64,000 nucleotides of DNA from a virus (IMGVR_UViG_3300014590_000001:160001-224000), one strand, 5' to 3'; shown: positions 47,667 to 56,188, counted from the first letter of the stretch. Numbers and translations: made by a program. Notes: a model not told the origin generated them from the letters alone.

Positions 47667-49328
47667 ATGTTTAGGTATGTTATGGATACTTTCATCATTA
47701 AGAATCCTGCATATCAGGAACTTTCCACGGTCGAATGGGTTCGCAAGAATGTTATCTTTGCGTGTCCTTATGACGGGCCAGCAGAAAAAGAGTGGGAATT
47801 CAGGGATCAGATTTCTACTTTCTTCTGGCATATTCTCCACTGCACACTTTATAACAGCAAGTTCAAAAACGTTAAGCGTCTTCCTGCTATTCCTTTCCCG
47901 TTTGTTTTAGGTTCCGCTAAACTGCCTTTAGTTTTCGGATCTGGAAGTGAGACAACGGCGAAAGCGAATTATTCAGGGAAATCGTCAACGGCAATTACTC
48001 GCTCTTTGAATTGGCTTAGGGAAAATGTTCTGGATGTGTCAGGTTATAAGTTTGGCGCAGCAGGATCGGAGTGTAGAACTTTCCGCATCAAACGTGAAGT
48101 GTTTGAGGGTATGTATCCGCACTGTCCAAAAACTCCGGATGAAATTCTCCGGAAGACAAGATATTGCAGTCCTAAGTTTTTACGCAGCACTCCTATTGGG
48201 AAAACGCTGACTGATATTCTCGCAAAGAAATCGGTTAACGCTTTAGGTTTGCCATCACACGATTTTGAAGCGCTGCATCGCAGTACGGATCGTGAGGCAC
48301 GAAAACTTTATAAGGAAGTTTTATCTCGTCAGGAACCGATCACGTTAACGCTTCTTCCAATTGCGGAAGAGTTGAGTCGCCTGAGCAATTTCTTTAGTAT
48401 GCAAGGACGCTCGCGTTATCGTCTTGTGTTTTCCAACACAATGAATATTTTGTCCGGAAAGTTTACGTGTCACAATCTGGATGAAATGAAAATTTCTTAT
48501 CTGCCTACATATCGTGTGAGTCCAGTTGGCGGTCGTTTGTATGAATGCGGTGGCGGTTTTCAAAACATGCCGCGCAGCATTAAAGAGCGGTGCCACATTA
48601 AAGGCTACAACCACGATATGAAAAGCAGCCAACTAAACATTTTAAAACTTGAGTTCGAGCGCAACAATATTCGTTGTAACTCAATTCGAGATTTTAAAAG
48701 CGTTGCAGATTTTGGCGCACCTTACGGTTTGTCGAAAGAGGATACGAAAGTTTGTTTCTATGCGACGGTGTTTAGTATTGGTCAAGCGCTTCACTCAAAG
48801 TCTTGTTGGCATAGCGAACCTCTACGCGTGATTGCAAAATCAAAACGCGCTGAGTGTATCCGTCGTGCGGCGAAACAATTGAAGAAAAAATATAAGGATC
48901 TTTCAATGCTACAACCTGTGATCGATAAGGCTCGCAAGTTGATGGTCAAAGAAACTTTCCGTATTCGTGATATTTGGAACAAAGAAAATGAATCTTTAAC
49001 TCTGGCGCTTGAAGCATTGTGTGATACGTATATTTCTAAGGCTCGCAAGGTCAAAGAAAATTCCGTGTTAACTAATGCAGTCGGTGTGCGATTCTCTTGG
49101 CGTTCCGATTCAATTGACTACAAAATTCGCAAACAAATTCTGAGTCACATGATCACTGGAATCGAAACAAAACTTTTGTTCGATATGATTTTGTCAAACA
49201 ATGTTAAAGTCTTTTCCTTTGAACACGATGGCGCGTTAATCAGTCGAGCGAAAGTTTCGTCTGAGGGTATCGAATGGGTTCGTAAACCTTTCGATGAAAC
49301 TTCTTACCAATATTTCAAAAATCTGTAA
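47667..49328 (+). CDS. divergent superfamily-A nucleic-acid polymerase (TV-Pol-like), no exonuclease domain seen
   Basis: GGRLY...FQNMPR, motif A HDMKSSQLNIL, motif B-like TKVCFYATVF, motif C FEHDGALI. Confidence 0.7.
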   Translation: MFRYVMDTFIIKNPAYQELSTVEWVRKNVIFACPYDGPAEKEWEFRDQISTFFWHILHCTLYNSKFKNVKRLPAIPFPFVLGSAKLPLVFGSGSETTAKANYSGKSSTAITRSLNWLRENVLDVSGYKFGAAGSECRTFRIKREVFEGMYPHCPKTPDEILRKTRYCSPKFLRSTPIGKTLTDILAKKSVNALGLPSHDFEALHRSTDREARKLYKEVLSRQEPITLTLLPIAEELSRLSNFFSMQGRSRYRLVFSNTMNILSGKFTCHNLDEMKISYLPTYRVSPVGGRLYECGGGFQNMPRSIKERCHIKGYNHDMKSSQLNILKLEFERNNIRCNSIRDFKSVADFGAPYGLSKEDTKVCFYATVFSIGQALHSKSCWHSEPLRVIAKSKRAECIRRAAKQLKKKYKDLSMLQPVIDKARKLMVKETFRIRDIWNKENESLTLALEALCDTYISKARKVKENSVLTNAVGVRFSWRSDSIDYKIRKQILSHMITGIETKLLFDMILSNNVKVFSFEHDGALISRAKVSSEGIEWVRKPFDETSYQYFKNL

Positions 49329-49346
49329 ATAAGTTTCAGATACCGC
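49321..49346 (+). promoter_or_regulatory. putative phage promoter ATCTGTAAATAAGTTTCAGATACCGC
   Basis: Close match to the long-form consensus TCTGCAAATAAGTGTCCAAAATACCGC. Confidence 0.65.
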
Positions 49347-49364
49347 AGTGTTGGAGATTATATC

Positions 49365-50537
49365 GTGCCTACTAAAAAAGCACGGCAAAAACCGTTAACA
49401 GAAGAGGAAATGCGTAAAGAGGTGCTATTAAAGTCTCCGCTTCCTGCGTGGCAGAAAGAAGAGATTCGCGCTGGTCGCATTCCTGAAGCGTCGGAAACAA
49501 AGGCTGTAAAGAAAGTTAAGAAAGTAAAATCGAAACCTGAAGAAAAAGAGGTTGCTGATAAAAAGGTGAAACCCAAACCGAAGGTGAAGATTAAAAAAGA
49601 GAGGACGTTGAAAATTTATCAACTGGCTGCGCTATACGAGTATTATCATCGTAACACCGTGCTGGAAGATTATTCGCGCTGTCCTCCAATAACGATTGCA
49701 GAGGCTACGGAACTGGTCAAAGATATTAAGTCTTCTGATCTGGAATCGTGGCCTGAAGTTGATCGTTTATTTAAAAATCATCCAACACCTTCACGCGAAA
49801 ATAAGAACGTTCTCGTGCAACATCAATACGATGACATTCGAGAGTTTCGACACGCTCTTATCGAGAAGGAAATTTATGTCGGTATCAGTATTCCGTTGTT
49901 CATCGAACATTTGAAAATCGATCTGGATGATCCGATCATGCTAAGTTTTTCTTACGTGTGGTCTGGTTACATTAAGACGATGATCGAACGTAAAAAGAAG
50001 CGCGGCGATATTCTTTCGCGTCACGCATCTACCGTTAAGGACGGAGTGTATTGTTTCGAGATTGAGTGTAACGCAGAGCAAGCAAAAATCTTAGACCGCT
50101 ATTGTGAAGTTGCGCATGGCACTTTGATCGCTGCCCGTGATTATCTCAAGACTTTAGGCAAACGCGCTCCGTACAAGCTGGACAAAATCAGCAATAAACT
50201 TGCTACTCAAATTCGCGCAGAGCATGGCTTCGAAGATGTTCCGCGCAGTTTGGTTGTCAGCGCCCTTAACGGCTACGCACATAAAGTAAAATTCGATCCT
50301 AGCAAAGAGTTTAAAAAAGAACTCTCTCGGTTCTACCTGAAAGATTCTTTTAAACTGCAAGAAGATTCTCTGACTGTCGGTAAAGCCAAAGATATTGCTA
50401 TTCGAAAAGTTGTGAGCGGTGAACCACTGACGTTTAAAGTTGTTGGCGTGAGTTTCCAGCGCGTTTCTCCTTTGGTGTATACGGTCGCGATTCAGTATTG
50501 CGATATCGAATACCAGCGGAGTAAATTTTCTAAATAG
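49365..50537 (+). CDS. fusion protein: Lys-rich/unknown N-terminal half + TnpB-like WED/REC half, lacking RuvC
   Basis: aa ~227-385 align by eye with the IS200/IS605 TnpB N-terminal half; the ORF stops where RuvC-I would begin. Confidence 0.6.
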   Translation: MPTKKARQKPLTEEEMRKEVLLKSPLPAWQKEEIRAGRIPEASETKAVKKVKKVKSKPEEKEVADKKVKPKPKVKIKKERTLKIYQLAALYEYYHRNTVLEDYSRCPPITIAEATELVKDIKSSDLESWPEVDRLFKNHPTPSRENKNVLVQHQYDDIREFRHALIEKEIYVGISIPLFIEHLKIDLDDPIMLSFSYVWSGYIKTMIERKKKRGDILSRHASTVKDGVYCFEIECNAEQAKILDRYCEVAHGTLIAARDYLKTLGKRAPYKLDKISNKLATQIRAEHGFEDVPRSLVVSALNGYAHKVKFDPSKEFKKELSRFYLKDSFKLQEDSLTVGKAKDIAIRKVVSGEPLTFKVVGVSFQRVSPLVYTVAIQYCDIEYQRSKFSK

Positions 50538-50540
50538 TTT

Positions 50541-50565
50541 AAGCCTCTTCGGAGGCTTTTCTTTT
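50541..50565 (+). terminator. intrinsic terminator
   Basis: AAGCCTC-TTCG-GAGGCTT-TTCTTTT. Confidence 0.85.
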
Positions 50566-50589
50566 ATCTTATTTTCGGGAAAGATAATT

Positions 50590-51054
50590 ATGAGTAGTAA
50601 CGAACGTTTAGCGGAATTGATCCGCGAGCGTCATGCTCTTATGCGCGAAACTTTCTGGAACACTTTCAATGCCTTCGAAAAATCATTCGCTATCACTAAC
50701 GATCCTTTCTTCCCTGATGCTGAGTGGCTGCTTACTAAGCGCAGTATGCACTTACGCATGGGCAAGGGAACCGGTCATAGTACGTTTGCAAAAGAACTGG
50801 CAGAGAAACACAACGCCTTTCTTTTAACAATGGATCACGAATCAATTACTGGTGAATATTCTTTCACTCATAATCGGTTGCGTGAGTTATACCATAAAGT
50901 TTTTGAATCTGGCGACAAGCCTACCCTGTTCGTTATTGACGATGCTTATCAGTTTGGTGGACGGATTGAATCCCTCGCACAAAGACTCATTAAGTTCCGC
51001 GACGTTTTAGGTGAGGCTTACATTCAGCAGGTTCGCTTTGTGCTTCTAAACTAA
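50590..51054 (+). CDS. hypothetical protein with degenerate P-loop-like motifs
   Basis: MGKGTGHST...LFVIDDA. Confidence 0.7.
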   Translation: MSSNERLAELIRERHALMRETFWNTFNAFEKSFAITNDPFFPDAEWLLTKRSMHLRMGKGTGHSTFAKELAEKHNAFLLTMDHESITGEYSFTHNRLRELYHKVFESGDKPTLFVIDDAYQFGGRIESLAQRLIKFRDVLGEAYIQQVRFVLLN

Positions 51055-51065
51055 GGAGACAGAAA

Positions 51066-51560
51066 ATGTCTGATCTTACCATCGAGCAATTAAATCCGGT
51101 TCAACGTTCAATTCTGAATGTGATCGAAACGAGTATGAACTACTCAAAACAAATTCGCGAAATCACTGCGCCGAAAGGCTTCACTGATCATCGCGTCATT
51201 CGTGACTACTGCCGCATCGCCGTTACTGTTCCGCAACGTGCTGGCGTGTCGGTGTTGTCTCAATTTCTGGCAGACTATCTGTTAGAAAAATTCCCTGAAG
51301 CAAACATTATTCGTTTGGGTCAGGAAGAACGCGTTTACGGTGACACCATCGAACCGCGTATTGATTTTATTCGCGTTGACACTCCTGCCGATTACGGTCG
51401 CGCGCGTCAGCGTATTCGTGACAGCGAAAAGAAATATTCTTTCGTTATCGTTGACCAATCCGAATGGATCTGCGGTCAAGACAATCGTTTCGAAAAACTT
51501 GCGGAAGATATGTTCCGTGTTGGCGTTGATGATCAATACCTGATCAACCTGTCTACGTGA
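51066..51560 (+). CDS. hypothetical protein, probable paralog of the upstream gene
   Basis: VPQRAGVS...FVIVDQS; TAAGGAG RBS. Confidence 0.7.
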   Translation: MSDLTIEQLNPVQRSILNVIETSMNYSKQIREITAPKGFTDHRVIRDYCRIAVTVPQRAGVSVLSQFLADYLLEKFPEANIIRLGQEERVYGDTIEPRIDFIRVDTPADYGRARQRIRDSEKKYSFVIVDQSEWICGQDNRFEKLAEDMFRVGVDDQYLINLST

Positions 51561-51566
51561 GGCACT

Positions 51567-52064
51567 ATGAGCGTAACGATTGAAGAAATTCTGGAAGGTC
51601 TGGAGCCTGTATTTGCGGCGCACACTTTCACTGAAAGCAAACAGCATTTCAATGTCGTCAGCTTCAAAGTTGAATCGCTGTTTCAGGATATGAAAGTTCA
51701 TCTGATGCCGAAAGAAGATTCAGAATTTCTCGGTAAGATTCGCGGCACGATTCCAGCGCCTGATTCGATTCGCTGTCTGCGACTTGTTTTCGAAGAGTAC
51801 AAGTACAGCCGTCAAAAACGTTTCGAACGTTGTGGCGTAACAACCGGACGCACGAGCCATCAAAATTTGAATCGCTCTGCGCCGCCTCGTAGTGAAGCGC
51901 GTAACGAAACTTATCAGCAAGTTTATGCTGGCGATGTTTCGCATACCATTCATCACGATCACGTAACGCATCACACTCCATCACCTGCATGTTCGCCGTC
52001 ATACGATTCAACTCCTTCTGATTCTGGAGGTAGTGATTGTGGCGGCGGTGGCGGTGGCGATTAA
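51567..52064 (+). CDS. hypothetical protein with His/Ser/Gly-rich tail
   Basis: HHDHVTHH...SDSGGSDCGGGGGGD. Confidence 0.7.
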   Translation: MSVTIEEILEGLEPVFAAHTFTESKQHFNVVSFKVESLFQDMKVHLMPKEDSEFLGKIRGTIPAPDSIRCLRLVFEEYKYSRQKRFERCGVTTGRTSHQNLNRSAPPRSEARNETYQQVYAGDVSHTIHHDHVTHHTPSPACSPSYDSTPSDSGGSDCGGGGGGD

Positions 52065-52072
52065 GGAAAGTT

Positions 52073-53050
52073 ATGAAACATCGTACTGGTGAATATCTTG
52101 TTGTTCGCAGTGGCAACAAAAATGTTTTGGTTCTCGCAACTGGTAAAAGCGTTGGCTATCTGGTCAACACTCTTGCAACTGCCGATCCAACTACAATCAA
52201 GTTCAGCGCGAAATACGATATCCTCGCCATCCTCGGAAAAGATCCTGAGCCTGGCCAAAAAGTTTTCGGTGTGAGCGTAACGCCGCACGTTGGACTGAAA
52301 CAAATTGCAGGAATGCCCGCGCTCAATCTTTACGGACGTGAAGAACAAGTTGGTAAAGCTATTCGCATCGCGTGTAAAAAGTTTCCTGCGTTTGTTGAAA
52401 AGTATGGCGTTGCCGAAGCGCTGCGTCGTTGCAAACAGATTAACTTTAATCAGGTGAGCGGCGGTAGCAAAACGCATGACTTCAAAACGAAATTCCAGAA
52501 AGAAGAATGGAATGACGTGTTCAACATTTGCGTGACTAAGGATAGCTTGTCGCAAGACGTTACCAACAATATGTTGCTGGCGCTCGGTGAATCTGTTTAT
52601 CAGCATTTGGTTCCGACCAAACGCAAAATCAAATGGATTCTTTTGCTGAACAAATTGCGTAACGTTCAGAAACTTGATCAAGAAACTTTGATCGGTTTCC
52701 TCGACGACTTCATTAAAACTGGCGATGCAAAGGATGTGAAAAATTTAGTGTCGGAAGAACTTCTGCCGTTCACTGATATCATTCTGCGTAGCATTGCGCG
52801 TCAGCGTTTGATGACGGTGAAAGAACTTGAGTTGATTGCTCAAAACGACTCTGAGCAAATCGTTAAGTTCTGGCCCGCTGAATTGGAAGTCAGCGATGCT
52901 CGTCCTGATATTGAGAAGTCAGCTATGAAAAGTGCGCGAGCTTTATTTGCGTATTCATTCTGCCGATTTGTTCAGGGTGTGGATCTCGGTAAAACTCTAA
53001 ACAAACAGGTGCGCCTTACTGTTAAGGAGTTTCGCGGGGATGTTGAGTGA
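52073..53050 (+). CDS. hypothetical protein
   Basis: Start reassigned to MKHRTGEY (AAGGA RBS). Confidence 0.75.
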   Translation: MKHRTGEYLVVRSGNKNVLVLATGKSVGYLVNTLATADPTTIKFSAKYDILAILGKDPEPGQKVFGVSVTPHVGLKQIAGMPALNLYGREEQVGKAIRIACKKFPAFVEKYGVAEALRRCKQINFNQVSGGSKTHDFKTKFQKEEWNDVFNICVTKDSLSQDVTNNMLLALGESVYQHLVPTKRKIKWILLLNKLRNVQKLDQETLIGFLDDFIKTGDAKDVKNLVSEELLPFTDIILRSIARQRLMTVKELELIAQNDSEQIVKFWPAELEVSDARPDIEKSAMKSARALFAYSFCRFVQGVDLGKTLNKQVRLTVKEFRGDVE

Positions 53051-53372
53051 CGCACTGAATCGCAAAGGGGAAGATAATCAAGTCTTCCCTATTACTTTGG
53101 ATACTCCGCTCGTAATATACGAAACGGACGGTATGATATTTGTTGGCTCTCTTGCTGATTACGGTGACGGCATTTGGATTTTAGATCCGCATCTGTACAA
53201 CACTGAAACCGACTCATACACTCCGGTAAAAATCTCATTCAAGTTTAATGCTGGCGAAGATATTCGCAAAGTTCTCAACTCTGATGAAATTCGCTTTTAT
53301 GCGAGGACTGCCAATTTTAATCTCGGAATGATCTCTGGCGTTCCGTTTGTTTTCGATACAAGGATTCATTGA
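53040..53372 (+). CDS. hypothetical protein
   Basis: 110 aa. Confidence 0.65.
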   Translation: MLSDALNRKGEDNQVFPITLDTPLVIYETDGMIFVGSLADYGDGIWILDPHLYNTETDSYTPVKISFKFNAGEDIRKVLNSDEIRFYARTANFNLGMISGVPFVFDTRIH

Positions 53373-53947
53373 TGAAACTCGTTTTTGATTGGGATGATAC
53401 TGCGCTGCTTACGCATCCTTACTACGTTAAAGTTCTGAAAGAAACTCACGGCGATGATCTGCCGCTCGATCAGTATTTCACGAAAGACAACGGCGGCTCT
53501 GGTTTCCTCGGTCTGATGGAATCCGGTAGCTTCATGGATAAAGTTGAAATTCGCTCTGGCTTTATCGAAATGATTCGCCGTCTGGTTGCAGAAGGTCACG
53601 AAGTTTATTCGTGTTCGCATCGTGGTTATCATCGCATGGGTCACGTACTCACGCGTAAACTTTTCACCGAAGAAGAGTGGAATCTTTTCACTGAGCATTA
53701 CTTCCTCGATCCGTTTGTTGCACCAAACAAAGTTGAGTTTCTGCAAGAAGTGTTCGACGGCGAAGATTTTATTATCTTTGATGATCGACCTCACTTCACC
53801 TGCGAGCACAACGAAGAAGATGCTGAACATATTATTCTGTTTGATCAGCCGTGGAACAAAGAACTTCCTTTCGACCGCGTGTTTGCATTCGACGAAAACT
53901 TTATTTCTGTTCTGGATAAGAAGTTGGAAATTTATTCTAATTTCTAA
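53369..53947 (+). CDS. HAD-family 5'(3')-deoxyribonucleotidase-like protein
   Basis: FDWDDT, SHRG, K, IFDDRP, FDQPWN motifs. Confidence 0.85.
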   Translation: MMKLVFDWDDTALLTHPYYVKVLKETHGDDLPLDQYFTKDNGGSGFLGLMESGSFMDKVEIRSGFIEMIRRLVAEGHEVYSCSHRGYHRMGHVLTRKLFTEEEWNLFTEHYFLDPFVAPNKVEFLQEVFDGEDFIIFDDRPHFTCEHNEEDAEHIILFDQPWNKELPFDRVFAFDENFISVLDKKLEIYSNF

Positions 53948-54226
53948 TCTCGCACCGCAAGAAAAAAGTTTCGTTGTGGTACGGCGAGCTTGCATATGTG
54001 CGTTTACACGGAGCGCACAACATGGCAGTAAGACTCGCCAAGTGCCTATCACGCTAAGGCACTTTAATCTGCGTGGGGGTTTGTTCGGAGGTTCCGACAG
54101 CTTACGGGCAAACTCCAAAGCGACTAACAAAAAGTTTCTTTGGAGTTTGTCCAAAACTAAAATGATGAAATAAGATTTAACTTTACCCTGGAGGGAACCG
54201 AAGACGACGCGGTTCCCTTTTTTTTT
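53948..54226 (+). ncRNA. putative structured ncRNA (~280 nt; five stems, possible pseudoknot, terminator)
   Basis: Back-to-back inverted repeats including a 15-bp stem; G-U pairs favour the plus strand; ends in hairpin + T-run. Confidence 0.6.
54192..54226 (+). terminator. intrinsic terminator
   Basis: AGGGAACCG/CGGTTCCCT followed by a T-run. Confidence 0.85.
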
Positions 54227-54232
54227 GATCCA

Positions 54233-54257
54233 AATCTGTAAATTCCATGTATACAAT
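54233..54257 (+). promoter_or_regulatory. putative phage promoter AATCTGTAAATTCCATGTATACAAT
   Basis: Motif family member between the terminator and the dnaX-like start. Confidence 0.6.
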
Positions 54258-54280
54258 CAATCCGGTATGGAACTGAAAGA

Positions 54281-55504
54281 ATGGCGAAAGTAAAGAAACG
54301 CTCTTTTGACGGCGAAGGTAAAGTTGTCAAGAAGAAGAAAAAGTCAGGCGTAGAAATGGAAGTGCTGTCTACGATTAACTTTGCAAACAAGTATCGTCCG
54401 ACCAGCATTAAAGATTTCATCGGTCAGCCTCATATTCAAAAACAATATGCAGGTTGGTTGAAAACTAAAACTTTCCCATCGGTTATTTTAATCAGTGGGC
54501 ATTTGGGTTCCGGCAAAACTACGTTCGCAGGTATCATCGCTAAAACAATTAACTGCGATACGCTTGATGCTTGCGGTGAATGTCCGTCGTGTAAAGCGTA
54601 TGATGCAAAATGTCACCGCGATGTTCTCACCTACGATATGGGTAACGACAGCGGTAAAGTTGACGGCGCTCAACGCATTATCGAAAGCAGTAACTTGTCT
54701 CCTATGTATCGTCGCCGCGTATACATTCTTGATGAAGCGCATTTGATGACTTCTCAAGCGGAATCGAAATTCCTTATTCCGTTAGAGAATCCGGCACCGC
54801 ATACTGTTTGGATTCTGGTGTCAACCGATCCGCAAAAGATTAAGAGCACAATTCTTTCTCGCTGCGTTAAGCTGCCAATCAACCCAATCGATCCGGAAGT
54901 GATAGCTGAACGTATTCGTTATCTGGCGAAGAAAGAAAAGATTCTGCCGAAAGACAAGAAAGAACTGAAAGCGGCAAACGAAGCGATTGAAACTATCGCT
55001 GAATATTCTGGCGGCCAGTTGCGTGGCGCTATCGGTTTATTCCAGACTGTATACAGCGCGGTGAAAGGTGGTGAAACTTTCAATAATGATTTGGTGCTGG
55101 ATATGGCGGCATCCGATCCGGAAATCAATTTAGGTGATCTGGCTGTAGAATTTACGGCAGGTTATTTGAAAATGGATCTGGTTGAAACTATTCGCACCAT
55201 TCGTTCGACAGGTGATATTCGCGGTCTGCTGCACAAGACACGCTGGCTCTTGCATTATATCCTCGGTGATATTGCGAAGACGAATAAGTTTCAAACTGCT
55301 GAACTGCGCAAATTCTATGACGTGCGTAAAAAGAACAAGTTTGAAATTTCCCCTATCTCTGTAATCTATTTGCAGAAAGCGTTGTGTGATATTGAATTGG
55401 CGATCAATAGTTCCAGCATTCCCGTAGAAGTGATGTTTGAAAGTACAATCACTGGTTTAATGTCGGATATCTATTCCGGTAAACTTTCAGTCAAATTGAA
55501 GTAA
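54281..55504 (+). CDS. dnaX: DNA polymerase III gamma/tau-like clamp-loader subunit
   Basis: KYRP..F.GQ.H, GHLGSGKTT, C..CGECPSC, ILDEAHLMT, LENP, TILSRC, GGQLR. Confidence 0.92.
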   Translation: MAKVKKRSFDGEGKVVKKKKKSGVEMEVLSTINFANKYRPTSIKDFIGQPHIQKQYAGWLKTKTFPSVILISGHLGSGKTTFAGIIAKTINCDTLDACGECPSCKAYDAKCHRDVLTYDMGNDSGKVDGAQRIIESSNLSPMYRRRVYILDEAHLMTSQAESKFLIPLENPAPHTVWILVSTDPQKIKSTILSRCVKLPINPIDPEVIAERIRYLAKKEKILPKDKKELKAANEAIETIAEYSGGQLRGAIGLFQTVYSAVKGGETFNNDLVLDMAASDPEINLGDLAVEFTAGYLKMDLVETIRTIRSTGDIRGLLHKTRWLLHYILGDIAKTNKFQTAELRKFYDVRKKNKFEISPISVIYLQKALCDIELAINSSSIPVEVMFESTITGLMSDIYSGKLSVKLK

Positions 55505-55507
55505 AAC

Positions 55508-55536
55508 AAATGGGTGGCCTTGTGCTGCCCATTTTT
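55508..55536 (+). terminator. intrinsic terminator
   Basis: AAATGGGTGGC...GCTGCCCATTTTT. Confidence 0.8.
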
Positions 55537-55588
55537 CGTTTCGATAGTAATTTCATGGTACAAGGACAATCACAGGAATTACGTCAAA

Positions 55589-56065
55589 ATGCAAATCGTC
55601 TTATCTCTTTCTAAAGTTTCGGAGGAACTGCTCTGGACAACTTATTCTGAGCATTTAAATCCTATCGAACTGAAGCATATCTGCAAGAAGATTTTTGGTA
55701 ATAATGTTGATTGCCGAAAGTCTCCTATCGGAATTCTGAAGTCTCGCACAAGCGAACTGAAGTTTGTTCCGTCAGGTGACGAGGGTGTTGTTTGCATTTT
55801 CAACGACAAGACCTTTAAACAGGCATCCGACTTTATGAACGCGATGAAGCCTGTTCCGGTACGCACTCCTTTCGGCGCAGGGGATTTCTATCTCTCGTTT
55901 GAATCCGAAGGCCGCAAACTTGCCTATCTCGTATGGAGCAAGATGAAAGATCAGTTAGTTTATTTTCCGGATGTTAGCGCACTCGAAGAATACTATTCTA
56001 CGCTCGGAGTTTCTCCAGGCGTTGATCGCATGAAGTCGTACCCAAGCCGGAGAATCTTCGGCTAA
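55589..56065 (+). CDS. hypothetical protein with MQIVLSLS leader
   Basis: Start reassigned downstream of the terminator; AGGA RBS. Confidence 0.7.
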   Translation: MQIVLSLSKVSEELLWTTYSEHLNPIELKHICKKIFGNNVDCRKSPIGILKSRTSELKFVPSGDEGVVCIFNDKTFKQASDFMNAMKPVPVRTPFGAGDFYLSFESEGRKLAYLVWSKMKDQLVYFPDVSALEEYYSTLGVSPGVDRMKSYPSRRIFG

Positions 56066-56173
56066 TAAGGAGGTGATCCCTATCTCTTCTTTACTGCCAA
56101 GAAGTAAAACTTCGGCGGGAGGTACGTTGTGCCGAAATCTATTTTCCAAAGGCGGGAGCAATCCCGCTTTTCT
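56066..56173 (+). promoter_or_regulatory. intergenic element: 14-nt perfect complement of the 16S rRNA 3' end followed by three hairpins
   Basis: TAAGGAGGTGATCC at 56066-56079; last hairpin GGCGGGA-GCAA-TCCCGCTTTT is terminator-like. Confidence 0.5.
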
Positions 56174-56188
56174 TATAGGAACTGAATC

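Noticed and set aside
49365-50537. Active IS200/IS605 element
   Set aside because: No tnpA, no RuvC catalytic motifs, and no evident IS end structure
53366-54256. ORFs 53366..54256 (-) and 53586..54173 (+) spanning the structured region
   Set aside because: They overlap the clear HAD gene antisense or out of frame, with no RBS noticed and no recognisable motifs; treated as shadow ORFs
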